Shown: positions 17,314 to 27,340 of the stretch, one piece after another
Layout of the letters: the number at the start of each line of letters is the position of its first letter
Numbering within the stretch: the stretch's first letter is position 1
Source: a virus
DNA: 64,000 bases
Reading direction: 5' to 3' (one strand)
Virus record (IMG/VR): IMGVR_UViG_3300037156_000148
Span: 5,687-69,686 of that record
The notes under the pieces: model-generated
Database searches by the model: none
What the model saw: the letters and a program-made list of their open reading frames with translations, nothing else
What the model was told of the DNA's origin: nothing
Program-made: the position numbers and the translations under genes

Positions 17314-18318
17314 ATGAGAAAGATCAAAGGATTTAAAGGATTCGACAAAGACCTGAAATGCAAAGATGTCCAATTTGAAGTGGGCAAAGAATTTTCAATA
17401 CCCGACGAAATGCCTATCAAAATATGCGCATCGGGATTCCACCTCTGCAAAAATCCACTTGATATTTTCCGATATTATAAAGCGGGTAGTAGCAGATTTG
17501 CAGAGGTCGAAGGTGACGGCGATGAAAAAATACATGAAGATGACAGTAAAATAGCCGTTAGGCGCATATTTATCAAGGCTGAAATCAAAATTGATGACAT
17601 AATCAAAGGCGGTATTAAGTTCATTTTTGAGAAAATAAAAGAGATAAAGCCCGAACAATATGCATCAGGTAACTCTTCGACAGGCGCGGCATCAGGTAAC
17701 TATTCGACAGGCGCGGCATCAGGTAACTCTTCGACAGGCGCGGCATCAGGTTACTCTTCGACAGGCGCGGCATCAGGTAACTATTCGACAGGCGCGGCAT
17801 CAGGTTACTATTCGACAGGCGCGGCATCAGGTAACTCTTCGACAGGCGCGGCATCAGGTAACTATTCGACAGGCGCGGCATCAGGTGAATCTTCGACAGG
17901 CGCGGCATCAGGTAACTCTTCGACAGGCGCGGCATCAGGTTACTCTTCGACAGGCGCGGCATCAGGTGAATCTTCGACAGGCGCGGCATCAGGTTACTAT
18001 TCGACAGGCGCGGCATCAGGTGAATCTTCGACAGGCGCGGCATCAGGTAACTCTTCGACAGGCGCGGCATCAGGTTACTCTTCGACAGGCGCGGCATCAG
18101 GTAACTATTCGACAGCAATCGTAACAGGCAAAGATTCTATTGCGGTGGCTAATGGCAAAGACTCAAAAGCAAAGGGGGCTATCGGTTGCTATTTGGTTTT
18201 GAGTGAATATAAAGACGGAAATCTAATAGACGTCAAATGCAAAAAAGTGGACGGCAAAAAGATTAAGGCTGATACTTTTTACACATTGCAGGACGGCAAA
18301 TTTGTAGTTGTTAAATAA
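17314..18318 (+). CDS. DUF7666-like phage protein with AASGxxSTG repeats
   Basis: KGFDKDLKC..QFEVGK..CASGFHLC..PLDIFRYY N-domain; C-terminal VDGKKIKADTFYTL. Confidence 0.85.
   Translation: MRKIKGFKGFDKDLKCKDVQFEVGKEFSIPDEMPIKICASGFHLCKNPLDIFRYYKAGSSRFAEVEGDGDEKIHEDDSKIAVRRIFIKAEIKIDDIIKGGIKFIFEKIKEIKPEQYASGNSSTGAASGNYSTGAASGNSSTGAASGYSSTGAASGNYSTGAASGYYSTGAASGNSSTGAASGNYSTGAASGESSTGAASGNSSTGAASGYSSTGAASGESSTGAASGYYSTGAASGESSTGAASGNSSTGAASGYSSTGAASGNYSTAIVTGKDSIAVANGKDSKAKGAIGCYLVLSEYKDGNLIDVKCKKVDGKKIKADTFYTLQDGKFVVVK
17662..18115 (+). repeat. 17 x 27-bp in-frame tandem repeat
   Basis: GCGGCATCAGGT-(AAC/TAC/GAA)-(TCT/TAT)-TCGACAGGC. Confidence 0.95.
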
Positions 18319-18355
18319 TAACAAGGGATAAAGAAATAATCAAAATAAAAATAAA

Positions 18356-20281
18356 ATGAACATCAAACTCAAAAACTTAACAGCAGTCAATTTCAAAGGC
18401 GGTAAATTTGACATCAATTTTTCATCTGTCACAAATATATCCGGTGCAAATGCGGTCGGTAAAACAAGGATAGCCGATGCCTTCTTTTGGCTGATGTGGG
18501 GCAAAAATAGTGAAGATGCAAAAGACTTCTCTATAAAAGACAGCGTGAATCTGACTAACAACAAATCAGATCATGAGGTATTCGGCACCTTCGATATTGA
18601 CGGCAAAGAAGTTAGTCTTAAAAAAGTGTACAAAGAGAAATGGACAAAAAAACGCGGTGAGCCTGAGCCTGAATTTACAGGCCATGAGACGGTTTATTTT
18701 TTCAATGATGTGCCATGTTCACAATCTGAATATACATCAAAGGTAAGCGACATTTTGCCCGAATCCATAGCCAAACTTATCACCAATCCATTTGCATTTA
18801 ATAGCCTGAAATGGGAGCAACGCAGGGAGGCATTAGTAAAGATAGCCGGGAATGTAAATGATAGCGATATCGCATCTGGGAGCAAAGAATTTACCGATCT
18901 GCTATTGATGTTTAATGACAAATCTCTATCCGATCTCAAAAAAGAAATCGGGGCCAAGAAAAAGAAAATACGCGAAACCCTGGATTTCATCCCTTCGCGA
19001 ATTGACGAATCTGAAAGGGGCAAGCCAGAAACGCAGGACTTCGATGTGATTGAGAAATCTATCGAGTTTAAGCAAAAAAATATAGCTAAGATAGACGAGG
19101 CCAGTGAAGATTTAGCTAGGACGCATCGGGATGCATCGCAGATTGTAATGGTAAAAAACAATGAGCTGAATGCGCTAAAGGTGAGACTGTCCAATCTCGA
19201 AAACGAAGCATCCCAGGCGCAAGCAAAAGAACTACGCGAGATAAAAAATAAAATCAGTCAGTTAGAGCAAGAGCAATCTGACTGCAATCGCAACTTAAAT
19301 GACAAAACACAGAGGATAGCTAATCATAACAGCAGAATAGCTAATATCGAAAAGGAAACAAAAGAACTGCGGATAAAAGTAGCGGCAATAGATGCTGAGG
19401 TTGCACCTGAAATGAATGCAGATGAGACTATATGCCCTTCGTGTTTACAGCCGTTGCATGCCGATAAAATAGAAAATATCAAGTCTACTTTCCAACTAAA
19501 TTTCAATAAAAATAAACTATCTCGCAAAAATGCCACAGCCCTACAGGGGAAAGCAAATAATGAGATTGTGAAAACCCTACAATCGGAGATTTCTGAGTAT
19601 GAAGGCAATCTATCTGAATATAATAATAGGAGATATGCTATAGATAAAGAGATTGAACAATTACATTTTGAGTACAAGGCAAAAGAATTTTTAGAAGATA
19701 AGCCTGTCAGCCTTGAAGTTATTGGACTGCGCGAGAAAATAGGGACATTTGTCATCCCCACATCACCCATAATAGACTATACTGAATTTAAAGAACGCCG
19801 GACACAGTTATCAAATGAAGTATCAGACCTGAAAAGCAAGCTATCAGCTAAAGATCAAATCACAAAAGCCGACCAAAGAATAAATGAACTACAAAATAAT
19901 GAACGCAAATTGTCTCAGGAAATAGCAGATTTGGAGAGGACTGAATTTACTATTGATGCTTTCACTAAGGCAAAAATGGACTTAGTTGAAACTAGGGTGA
20001 ATGCAATGTTTAAGTTAGTAAAATTCAGAATGTTTGAAGCTCAAATAAACGGCGGGACGACTGAGGCGTGTACATGCTTAGTAAATGGGGTCCCTTTCTC
20101 TGATGCAAACAACGCAGGTAAGATAAATGCGGGGCTTGACATCATCAACACACTGCAATCGTATTACAACATATTTGCTCCTGTGTGGGTGGATAATTCG
20201 GAGGCTGTTAATGAAGTATATCCTATCAATTCACAACTTATAAAACTGGTAGTTACTACCGGCAAACTCACAATTTCTTAA
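18356..20281 (+). CDS. SMC/Rad50-like ATPase of the recombination module
   Basis: Walker A GANAVGKT, long coiled coil, CPSC hook, VWVDNSEAV. Confidence 0.85.
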   Translation: MNIKLKNLTAVNFKGGKFDINFSSVTNISGANAVGKTRIADAFFWLMWGKNSEDAKDFSIKDSVNLTNNKSDHEVFGTFDIDGKEVSLKKVYKEKWTKKRGEPEPEFTGHETVYFFNDVPCSQSEYTSKVSDILPESIAKLITNPFAFNSLKWEQRREALVKIAGNVNDSDIASGSKEFTDLLLMFNDKSLSDLKKEIGAKKKKIRETLDFIPSRIDESERGKPETQDFDVIEKSIEFKQKNIAKIDEASEDLARTHRDASQIVMVKNNELNALKVRLSNLENEASQAQAKELREIKNKISQLEQEQSDCNRNLNDKTQRIANHNSRIANIEKETKELRIKVAAIDAEVAPEMNADETICPSCLQPLHADKIENIKSTFQLNFNKNKLSRKNATALQGKANNEIVKTLQSEISEYEGNLSEYNNRRYAIDKEIEQLHFEYKAKEFLEDKPVSLEVIGLREKIGTFVIPTSPIIDYTEFKERRTQLSNEVSDLKSKLSAKDQITKADQRINELQNNERKLSQEIADLERTEFTIDAFTKAKMDLVETRVNAMFKLVKFRMFEAQINGGTTEACTCLVNGVPFSDANNAGKINAGLDIINTLQSYYNIFAPVWVDNSEAVNEVYPINSQLIKLVVTTGKLTIS

Positions 20282-20299
20282 TCAAATAAATACAATATC

Positions 20300-21319
20300 A
20301 TGGCAGTCAAAGAAACACCCAAAGCAGAAATAGTAAAAAAAGAAATATCCCAGGCCGAAAGGTTTACGGCGATGGTCGTAAAAGAGGCATCAAGTGTGGG
20401 AGATTTAAACCTCTCCCCATTCCAAAAGAAACTATGCCAAAACTATTTCATCAAACTCGATCAGCAACTAAAAGACGCTGAAATAAAGAGATTGGCACAA
20501 GATGAAAAATACCGCCCGGCACTGGAATACAGGTGGGAGAATGTCAATATGCCGGCATTGGCTTTGGGAGTAGTGGCTATGTCATCAGTAGAACTGGACC
20601 CGTCACAGCCGAATCACATATTCATGATACCCTATGCAAACAAGCATACCAAGAAATATGATATTTCCTTTACGAAGGGATACAGGGGCCTAGAGATCGT
20701 AGCCATGAAATACGGGCGTGACATACCTGAAATGGTAATAGTTGAACTTGTTTACTCCAATGACAAATTCAAGATCGTCAAAAAGGACGCAAACAATCCT
20801 GTTGAAAAATACACATTTGAGGTAGGCGATGCCTTTGATCGCGGGGAAATAGTTGGAGGATTCTACTATCACATCTATCCTGACCAAAACAGAAACAAGG
20901 TAGTAGTTATGACTATTGCCGACATCGAAAAACGCAAACCCGCTAAAGCAAGTGCTGAATTTTGGGGTGGAGAAAAGACCAAATATACCAATGGCAAACC
21001 TGACGGTAAAGAAACCGTAGACGGATGGCATACCGAAATGTGCCGAAAAACGGTCTATCGGGCCGCGTATAATGACATAACTATCGACAGCAGTAAGATA
21101 GATGCAAACTTCCAACTCATGTCTAAGATTGACCGGGAGAGCATAGATGTGGCAGTTAAAGCAGAAATCACACAGAATGCCAATACAGAGACTTTGGACA
21201 TCAGCCATGAGGAAATAATGCAGCCGGAAAAGAAAGTGGCTAATAAGGAAGATAAGGAGGTACAGGCAGTAAGCGAGGCCGGGGGCGAAGACGGAAAGCA
21301 AGAAGAAATAAAATTTTAA
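20300..21319 (+). CDS. recT: RecT-family single-strand annealing protein
   Basis: IPY..ISFTKGYRGLE, ELVYSNDKF, EMCRKTVYRAA; standard ATPase-RecT-MBL context. Confidence 0.8.
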   Translation: MAVKETPKAEIVKKEISQAERFTAMVVKEASSVGDLNLSPFQKKLCQNYFIKLDQQLKDAEIKRLAQDEKYRPALEYRWENVNMPALALGVVAMSSVELDPSQPNHIFMIPYANKHTKKYDISFTKGYRGLEIVAMKYGRDIPEMVIVELVYSNDKFKIVKKDANNPVEKYTFEVGDAFDRGEIVGGFYYHIYPDQNRNKVVVMTIADIEKRKPAKASAEFWGGEKTKYTNGKPDGKETVDGWHTEMCRKTVYRAAYNDITIDSSKIDANFQLMSKIDRESIDVAVKAEITQNANTETLDISHEEIMQPEKKVANKEDKEVQAVSEAGGEDGKQEEIKF

Positions 21320-21320
21320 A

Positions 21321-22061
21321 ATGAAACTCATCGTAGTCGGCAGCAATTCAGCGGGGAACTCTTATATTTTGCAAGGCAAAACTCAATCTCTGATTTTAGA
21401 GTGCGGAATGCCTTTGGCGAAAGTAAAAGAGGCGTTAAACTTTGATCTTAGTAATGTAGTGGCTGCATTGGTCACTCATAACCATGCTGACCACGCCAAA
21501 TACGCTGCTGACTACATGATGGCAGGAATAGACGTTGGCGCATCTATAGGCACGTTAGATACTATCCCGATAGTCGGCACTCATCGTATGCGAATATTGA
21601 AATCAAAGAGCAAATACCAATTCGGGGAGTTCATAGTTATGCCTTTTGATATTGTCCATGACGCGCCGGAGCCATTTGGTTACCTATTAAAACACGATGA
21701 GTGCGGCCTTGTATTATTCGTGACCGATACGCAATATTTGAAACCGACATTCCCTGGATTAAATCAGATCATCATTGAATGCAATTTCTCACAGGCAATA
21801 CTTGATAGCAGATTAGATGACGGCAATACAAATACATTTGTCAGGAATAGGGTGGTGCAAAGCCACATGTCGTTTAGCACTTGTAAGGATGTATTGAGAG
21901 CAAATGATTTATCGAAGGTGAATAACATAGTGCTTATACATTTGAGCGATGGCAATAGTCACGCTAAAGATTTTGTAAATGAGATACAAGGATTAACTGG
22001 TAAAAATGTATTCGCAGCTCAATCCGGCTTAGTTATTGACTTCAATATTCAACCTTTTTAA
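21321..22061 (+). CDS. Metallo-beta-lactamase-fold hydrolase (putative exonuclease)
   Basis: GSNSAGNSY, THNHADH, HDAPEP, TDT, LIHLS. Confidence 0.9.
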   Translation: MKLIVVGSNSAGNSYILQGKTQSLILECGMPLAKVKEALNFDLSNVVAALVTHNHADHAKYAADYMMAGIDVGASIGTLDTIPIVGTHRMRILKSKSKYQFGEFIVMPFDIVHDAPEPFGYLLKHDECGLVLFVTDTQYLKPTFPGLNQIIIECNFSQAILDSRLDDGNTNTFVRNRVVQSHMSFSTCKDVLRANDLSKVNNIVLIHLSDGNSHAKDFVNEIQGLTGKNVFAAQSGLVIDFNIQPF

Positions 22062-22170
22062 ACCTTTTACCCCATGACCTTCAAAGACAGAAACAAAGCG
22101 ATAGACATATTAATAGTGGGGTTCTGCTTCACTGTGATAGCATTAATTTACTTTTTAAATACGAAATGAA

Positions 22171-22356
22171 ATGAGCGAAAGAACATTAATAGCATATGCC
22201 CGAATTGAGGCAGCTAAAGCAAAGATAGAAGCTATGAAAATTGAGAATCTACAACGGGAAAACGGGGGCGAATCCCCTGCTTATCCATCAAGTTACTTTT
22301 TTGATGAAGCGAATGAGATAGAAAATGCCATCACAGAATTTCATAAAAACGGATAA
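22171..22356 (+). CDS. Hypothetical phage protein
   Basis: Operonic ORF. Confidence 0.55.
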   Translation: MSERTLIAYARIEAAKAKIEAMKIENLQRENGGESPAYPSSYFFDEANEIENAITEFHKNG

Positions 22357-22366
22357 AACCAACATC

Positions 22367-22687
22367 ATGCTAACAGACGAAATAAAAAAGATCATACGTA
22401 ATCATTCCAGTTCACCCATGACGGGACTTGTTGAAGCGGTTGAACAGACACGCCAGAACGCATTAGCTGCGGAGATACAGGAACTTATTGAGAGAAGGGA
22501 ATATAAGGCATTTGAGGCGGGCTGTAAGGGTCATGGCAATTTCATATTTGACCACATATTTTTCGAGGACTACCAATCCTCCCCCGACTATGGCGAAGTC
22601 AAACAAGTAAGCCCGATGGTAACACCGTTGTTAGCTGATATACGGGTGATAACTGATGAATACCGAGACGCGAACAATATCAAATAA
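22367..22687 (+). CDS. Hypothetical phage protein
   Basis: Likely start MLTDEIK. Confidence 0.5.
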   Translation: MLTDEIKKIIRNHSSSPMTGLVEAVEQTRQNALAAEIQELIERREYKAFEAGCKGHGNFIFDHIFFEDYQSSPDYGEVKQVSPMVTPLLADIRVITDEYRDANNIK

Positions 22688-22852
22688 TAACAAATATGAA
22701 AGATAAAGAACGTATCAAGGCAGTAATAGCGAAGATTAACAAGTTAGATTATTATTACCACAGGTCAATGAAAATGGCAGATAAATACTCCATTAAAATA
22801 GATGCTGCTTATAAACTTTTAGATAAACTTCGTAAATAATAAATTCAAAACA

Positions 22853-23668
22853 ATGAACTCACCCACAGACTTTATTCAGTCCCCGTATTTCATAAACATC
22901 ATTCTATTGCCATCGCTATTTGTGATCGCTGTGGTATTTGTTTGTTGGTGGTATGAGAAGAAACTGAAAGAACTCAATTCAAACTATCTGTACCTAAAAA
23001 ACAAAGACGAGAAATATAGGATTGAATTCCCAAAATCACAAGAGAAATGGCAGGCCGAGATAAGAAAGCAGACTGATTTATTTCAGGAAGAGCGAAAGAA
23101 AAACTATGCCCACGTAAAAACTATCCAGCAGTTCACCGATGACCGCGATATGTGGATGAATGCTACAACGGTTGCACAGAAAGCAGCGAAGATGAGAGGG
23201 GATGAACTACTTGAATTGCAAGATGCCAATGAGCGCATACAAAAAACAAACCAGTCATTGCTGAATAAGACCAATGAACAGCAAAAAGCAATTAAAGAAT
23301 TAGCTAGTGTGGTTGTGAATATCACAAAGCTAAAACTTGCGCATCAAAGCCATATCAAAGACCTGCAAGCTGAAAATGCAGCACTGTATGAAATTATTAC
23401 ATCATTAGCCCAGGATCTGCCGGAGAAGGAAGCGGTGAAAGCTGAAATGGAGTTTTATGATACGATTTCGGAGATTAAGGAAGGCGATAAGTTCCTTTGT
23501 ACTGAAAGTTATAGGTGTGGTGATACCGATTGGCACTATAAAAGAGGCACCATATATATATCCCCTTGGAATGAGTTTTTAACAGAAGAAGGTAATACTC
23601 CGATTAATTGGGCATCAACTACATGGGGTGATAAAATAAATGCTCACTTCAAAAAGATAAAACCATGA
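22853..23668 (+). CDS. Membrane-anchored coiled-coil phage protein
   Basis: N-terminal hydrophobic helix then coiled coil. Confidence 0.6.
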   Translation: MNSPTDFIQSPYFINIILLPSLFVIAVVFVCWWYEKKLKELNSNYLYLKNKDEKYRIEFPKSQEKWQAEIRKQTDLFQEERKKNYAHVKTIQQFTDDRDMWMNATTVAQKAAKMRGDELLELQDANERIQKTNQSLLNKTNEQQKAIKELASVVVNITKLKLAHQSHIKDLQAENAALYEIITSLAQDLPEKEAVKAEMEFYDTISEIKEGDKFLCTESYRCGDTDWHYKRGTIYISPWNEFLTEEGNTPINWASTTWGDKINAHFKKIKP

Positions 23669-23721
23669 GTACCCGCCCGACACAAGCCGATTTGGATAAT
23701 TTAATAATTTAAAAAAAAACA

Positions 23722-24036
23722 ATGGCAAACCAATTTTTAGAAGTAAGAACAAACTTAACGCTCGGCGTAAATTACGAAACTAGTGCAGTTGCGCCACAGG
23801 TAGAAATGATTTTTTTAACTGCAAACCCAAATTATGTAGTTGGGGAAAATAATACTATCGCAAGAAAAGTATCAATACGCGAATTCCGGATGCAACTTGA
23901 TCCAGATCACCTAAAGAGATTTATAGTTGATTTAGTAAAAATAGCGGAGAACCTTGACTCTTTTGCAAAGCTAAAGGATGCCATAAATGTGGTTGTAAAA
24001 GATGACGCAGAAATTAAAGCCACTAAATCAGAATGA
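23722..24036 (+). CDS. Hypothetical protein inserted at the 5' end of the VRR-NUC gene
   Basis: Flanked by a duplicated N-terminal coding stub (see findings). Confidence 0.6.
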   Translation: MANQFLEVRTNLTLGVNYETSAVAPQVEMIFLTANPNYVVGENNTIARKVSIREFRMQLDPDHLKRFIVDLVKIAENLDSFAKLKDAINVVVKDDAEIKATKSE

Positions 24037-24551
24037 CCAGACCCACACAATCCGACCTTGATAATTGGAAAGCAAAAGGACTGAAAGTATTCGATTCTAA
24101 GGGGGTGAAGCCTGTTGGTAAGGCAAGTATGCCAGATGCCAAAGATAAGGCTCCTGTGAAGGCGGGAGAGGGCAGAAAGCGGCATTTAGAGAGCGCAATA
24201 CAATCTGCCTGTGTCAAATGGTTCGATATGGCATATCCGAAGCTGAAATTAAACCTATTTTCTGTGCCCAACGAAGGAGCAAGGACACCCGCAAATGGGG
24301 CAAGGATGAAAGCTATGGGGAGACGCAGGGGTGTTGCTGATTTGTTTTTATCAGTACCAATGGAGGATAGCCGGAGTAATGACGGCGGTAGTGGGTGTTT
24401 CGGTTTATTCATGGAAATGAAAGCCGAAAAAGGACTGCAATCTAAAGAGCAATATGCATTTCAGTTAGCAGTCGAATCGCAAGGATACCGATATGAAGTA
24501 GTCTGGTCATTCGATGATTTCAAAATATTAATTGATAACTATTTAAAATAA
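24033..24551 (+). CDS. VRR-NUC domain nuclease
   Basis: ESAIQSACVKWF, SVPNEG, GVADL, MEMK, QSKEQ. Confidence 0.85.
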   Translation: MTRPTQSDLDNWKAKGLKVFDSKGVKPVGKASMPDAKDKAPVKAGEGRKRHLESAIQSACVKWFDMAYPKLKLNLFSVPNEGARTPANGARMKAMGRRRGVADLFLSVPMEDSRSNDGGSGCFGLFMEMKAEKGLQSKEQYAFQLAVESQGYRYEVVWSFDDFKILIDNYLK

Positions 24552-24918
24552 ACAACATGAAATCAATACTCTGGTCACACAAAGCGAATCTAATTTTTCA
24601 CCAACTATTCAAAGGGGAGGTTAAGACATGGAGAAAGTTCAAGCTGGCTTATGATATTGCAGTTATTATTGAATGCGCCGCTTAACTCCCAGCAGTATGA
24701 TAGGCTCTACAACGGAACTCACGAATTTGACCTGAGAACTATTGCGTTGATAGAATCAAAGTACAGTGACTTCCTTTTTTCTAACGGGATAGGTAATATG
24801 ATCTCAACAAACATAATGAAATGAGCAACAACACAACAATGACAGTAGCGGAAGCTCAAATGAATGCTTCACTGGCAAAGCACCCTACCTATTATGTCAC
24901 CGAAATAAAATTGACACC

Positions 24919-25365
24919 ATGAAAAACATCAAATACCCGCTTAGTATTTTAATCACGCCTACCGAAGAAGATGGATGTCATATTGATATTGTAGGTTCAG
25001 ACACTCAAATTATTGCGAGTGAATTATTAGATACCGAAACTGCTCAATACATCTGCGATACCCTCAACTCCATGCACTCCGATAAGGACGTGGAGGAACT
25101 GGCTGAGGATTGGGCAAAAGGTCAGTTTGTCAAATCTGCATCTTTAAATGTAGCGTGTAGCCCCAATCACACCTATGAATACTGGCAGAAAGAACTAGCT
25201 AAAGCCTTCCTCGCAGGTCGCGCATCCATCAAGGGGGAGAAAGAATTTACACATGATGAATTGCAGTCAATGTGGGATGCTAAGAACCCCAAGCCGCCAC
25301 TTTCCACCCTCGCCGATAGCCCGAAGGACTGCGAGGAGATAGCGAGGATGCTAGGAACAGAAAAA
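24919..25365 (+). pseudogene. Phage protein, 3' end replaced by antisense DinD sequence
   Basis: Phage-like up to EEIARMLGTEK; the remainder of ORF 24919-25503 is the antisense of the DinD fragment. Confidence 0.45.
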
Positions 25366-25610
25366 ACCTCACTTATAGCGCTACTCCCGAGTTCGACCAT
25401 TTGCGTGAAAGCACGAAAATGGTCTGGAATTGTTAGCCCTGAAGACTCACAAGCTACCTTAGCCTTCTCGATAGCGTTGGTGAAATTCTCCCACCTTGAA
25501 TAGCCGAGTAATACTTGCAATTCTCGCGCACTCCAAACTTCTAGGCCCTCATACAGATAGCAAGCCTGTTCAAATCGGTCAAAAAGCTCTGTAATTAATT
25601 CAGTTTCCAT
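25365..25610 (-). pseudogene. dinD: N-terminal fragment of a DinD/Bro-N-like DNA-damage-inducible protein
   Basis: EVWSARELQVLLGYSRWENFTNAIEKAKVAC..DHF..MVELGS, truncated before the expected LTRYACYLIAQNGD. Confidence 0.8.
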
Positions 25611-25750
25611 TTTGTAGCATTTTTTGTTTATACAAATGTAGCAAATAAAAATACCCTCAAACACGATATTAGCCCCCTGTGGATAAAATGTTAACCCAAT
25701 TTATAGCCCTTAGAAAATTATATTTGTATTTTTGTTTTAAAGAATGAAAA

Positions 25751-26263
25751 ATGGATCAATTATTTAGGAGCGATAACGACATTATAGCAGAGATAAAAGA
25801 GAAGTATAGCTATCATTTATCCTGGGCTAACAAATATAAGGCAATGCTAGATGCCGCAGATGGTGTGGGACTTACTCAGAAGCCTAATAATTCAGGAGTG
25901 CCACCTATAGTTAACAAAAGGAATGATGTGGCTCCTACAGTTTCAGGGAGAAAAAAAGAAACATTTGCGGACATCATTGTTAAGTATTTTGAAGATGGTA
26001 AGCCTAAAACTACTATGATGCTATTGACTTTATATAATCAAAATACAAACCACCCATTAGATAGAAAAAACTTATCAAGTAGGCTTTCGATTATGGCAAA
26101 ACTTACAAAACAAATTAAGAATATAGAGTTTGAGGAGGCGAGTAATGATACTAGATTTTGGTGGGGTTTATCAAGTTGGTTTGATGATAGTGGGCTTAAA
26201 CCAGATCATTCAAAATACATCTCATTAACGAAAAAATCAACTAAGATTTTAGCTTTAGATTAA
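25751..26263 (+). CDS. Hypothetical DNA-binding-like cargo protein
   Basis: N-terminal helix, linker, wHTH-like C-terminus; ends at hairpin AGCCCC-gaaa-GGGGCT. Confidence 0.5.
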   Translation: MDQLFRSDNDIIAEIKEKYSYHLSWANKYKAMLDAADGVGLTQKPNNSGVPPIVNKRNDVAPTVSGRKKETFADIIVKYFEDGKPKTTMMLLTLYNQNTNHPLDRKNLSSRLSIMAKLTKQIKNIEFEEASNDTRFWWGLSSWFDDSGLKPDHSKYISLTKKSTKILALD

Positions 26264-26529
26264 TAAAAAAGCCCCGAAAGGGGCTATTAAGATACTCCGA
26301 ACGTTGGAAAGCGTGAGGATAGACTGATAGGGGTACGCATTCGCGCTAAATCAGGTGTGTCACAGGTTTCATTTACTTGTACGTACTCATTTTTCGTAAA
26401 ATCCACCTTGTCACTTGTTGGTCGGCCTCGGAGAAGTTTGCAGCTTCTTCGGGGCTTTTGTTTAATACAAAGGTATCCCAAATCTATCGGATAACCAAAT
26501 AGCAATATCAACATAATATTTAACAATTA

Positions 26530-26575
26530 ATATTTGTAACACAAAGTTAAACGTTTAACTTTGTGTTACAAATAT
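26530..26575. promoter_or_regulatory. 46-bp perfect palindrome forming a symmetric promoter/operator
   Basis: ATATTTGTAACACAAAGTTAAAC|GTTTAACTTTGTGTTACAAATAT, with TTTG-N19-TAACTTTG on both strands. Confidence 0.8.
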
Positions 26576-26723
26576 GGCAAAAGATAATAAAACAGAGTAC
26601 GTAGGCATCCGAATGACTAAGGAGTTAAAGGATAAGTTACAGGCTATGGCAGACAAAGACAACCGTACGCTTAGTGACTATATCCATATCCAGTTAGAGA
26701 AGATTGCCAAAGTAGGCAAGTAA
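26574..26723 (+). CDS. Arc/CopG ribbon-helix-helix regulator (49 aa)
   Basis: MAKDNKTEYVGIRMTKELKDKLQAMADKDNRTLSDYIHIQLEKIAKVGK. Confidence 0.8.
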   Translation: MAKDNKTEYVGIRMTKELKDKLQAMADKDNRTLSDYIHIQLEKIAKVGK

Positions 26724-26759
26724 TATATTTTTTGTCCCTTGTGTAAAACAATGTAAAAC

Positions 26760-27287
26760 ATGAAAGCATTCAAATCAATATTAGCATTTCAAAAGCACTT
26801 CGATACAGATGAAAAGTGCAGAGAGCATTTAGAGCTTAGCAGGTGGAACGGAACACCCGCTTGTCCTTTCTGTGGCTCTATAGGTGTTCATAGATTCCCT
26901 AATGGCAGGATATTTAAGTGCAGGGATTGCCGTAAAAAGTTCTCTGTAACAGTCGGCACTATGTATGAGAATACCAAAATACCGTTGACTAAATGGTTTT
27001 TGGCAACATATATTTTAACTAATCACAGCAAGGGTATATCTTCTTTGCAGTTAGCTTCATGGCTAGACGTAACTCAGAAAACAGCATGGTTTTTAAATCA
27101 TAGAATACGCGAAATGCTGACAGAGAAAAACCCAGCACTATTAGAAGGTACTGTAGAGATTGATGAAACTTATGTTGGTGGATCAGATAAGAACAGGCAC
27201 CAGCACAAAAAGAAAGGTAAAGGCTCTAAGGCTATGTATGAATCAGAAAGGAAAGGCAAAAGCCAAAAAACTGATTATCTAAAATAA
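26760..27287 (+). pseudogene. Truncated IS1595-family transposase
   Basis: CPFC..CRDC Zn ribbon, KGISSLQLA, VEIDETYVGG; homology appears to end at ~27236 (GSKAM), lacking the later catalytic D/E. Confidence 0.88.
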
Positions 27288-27340
27288 AAAATCCTGCGCC
27301 AAATAATGACGCAGGACTATTCAAAATCAAATTCTTTTGG

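Noticed and set aside
17662-18115. CRISPR array or DGR variable region
   Set aside because: Units are in-frame 27-mers with only 6 variable nt. There are no unique spacers, cas genes, reverse transcriptase or template repeat, and AAC to GAA is not adenine-only.
25678-25686. Perfect DnaA box TGTGGATAA
   Set aside because: A single 9-mer in 64 kb is compatible with chance; no cluster.
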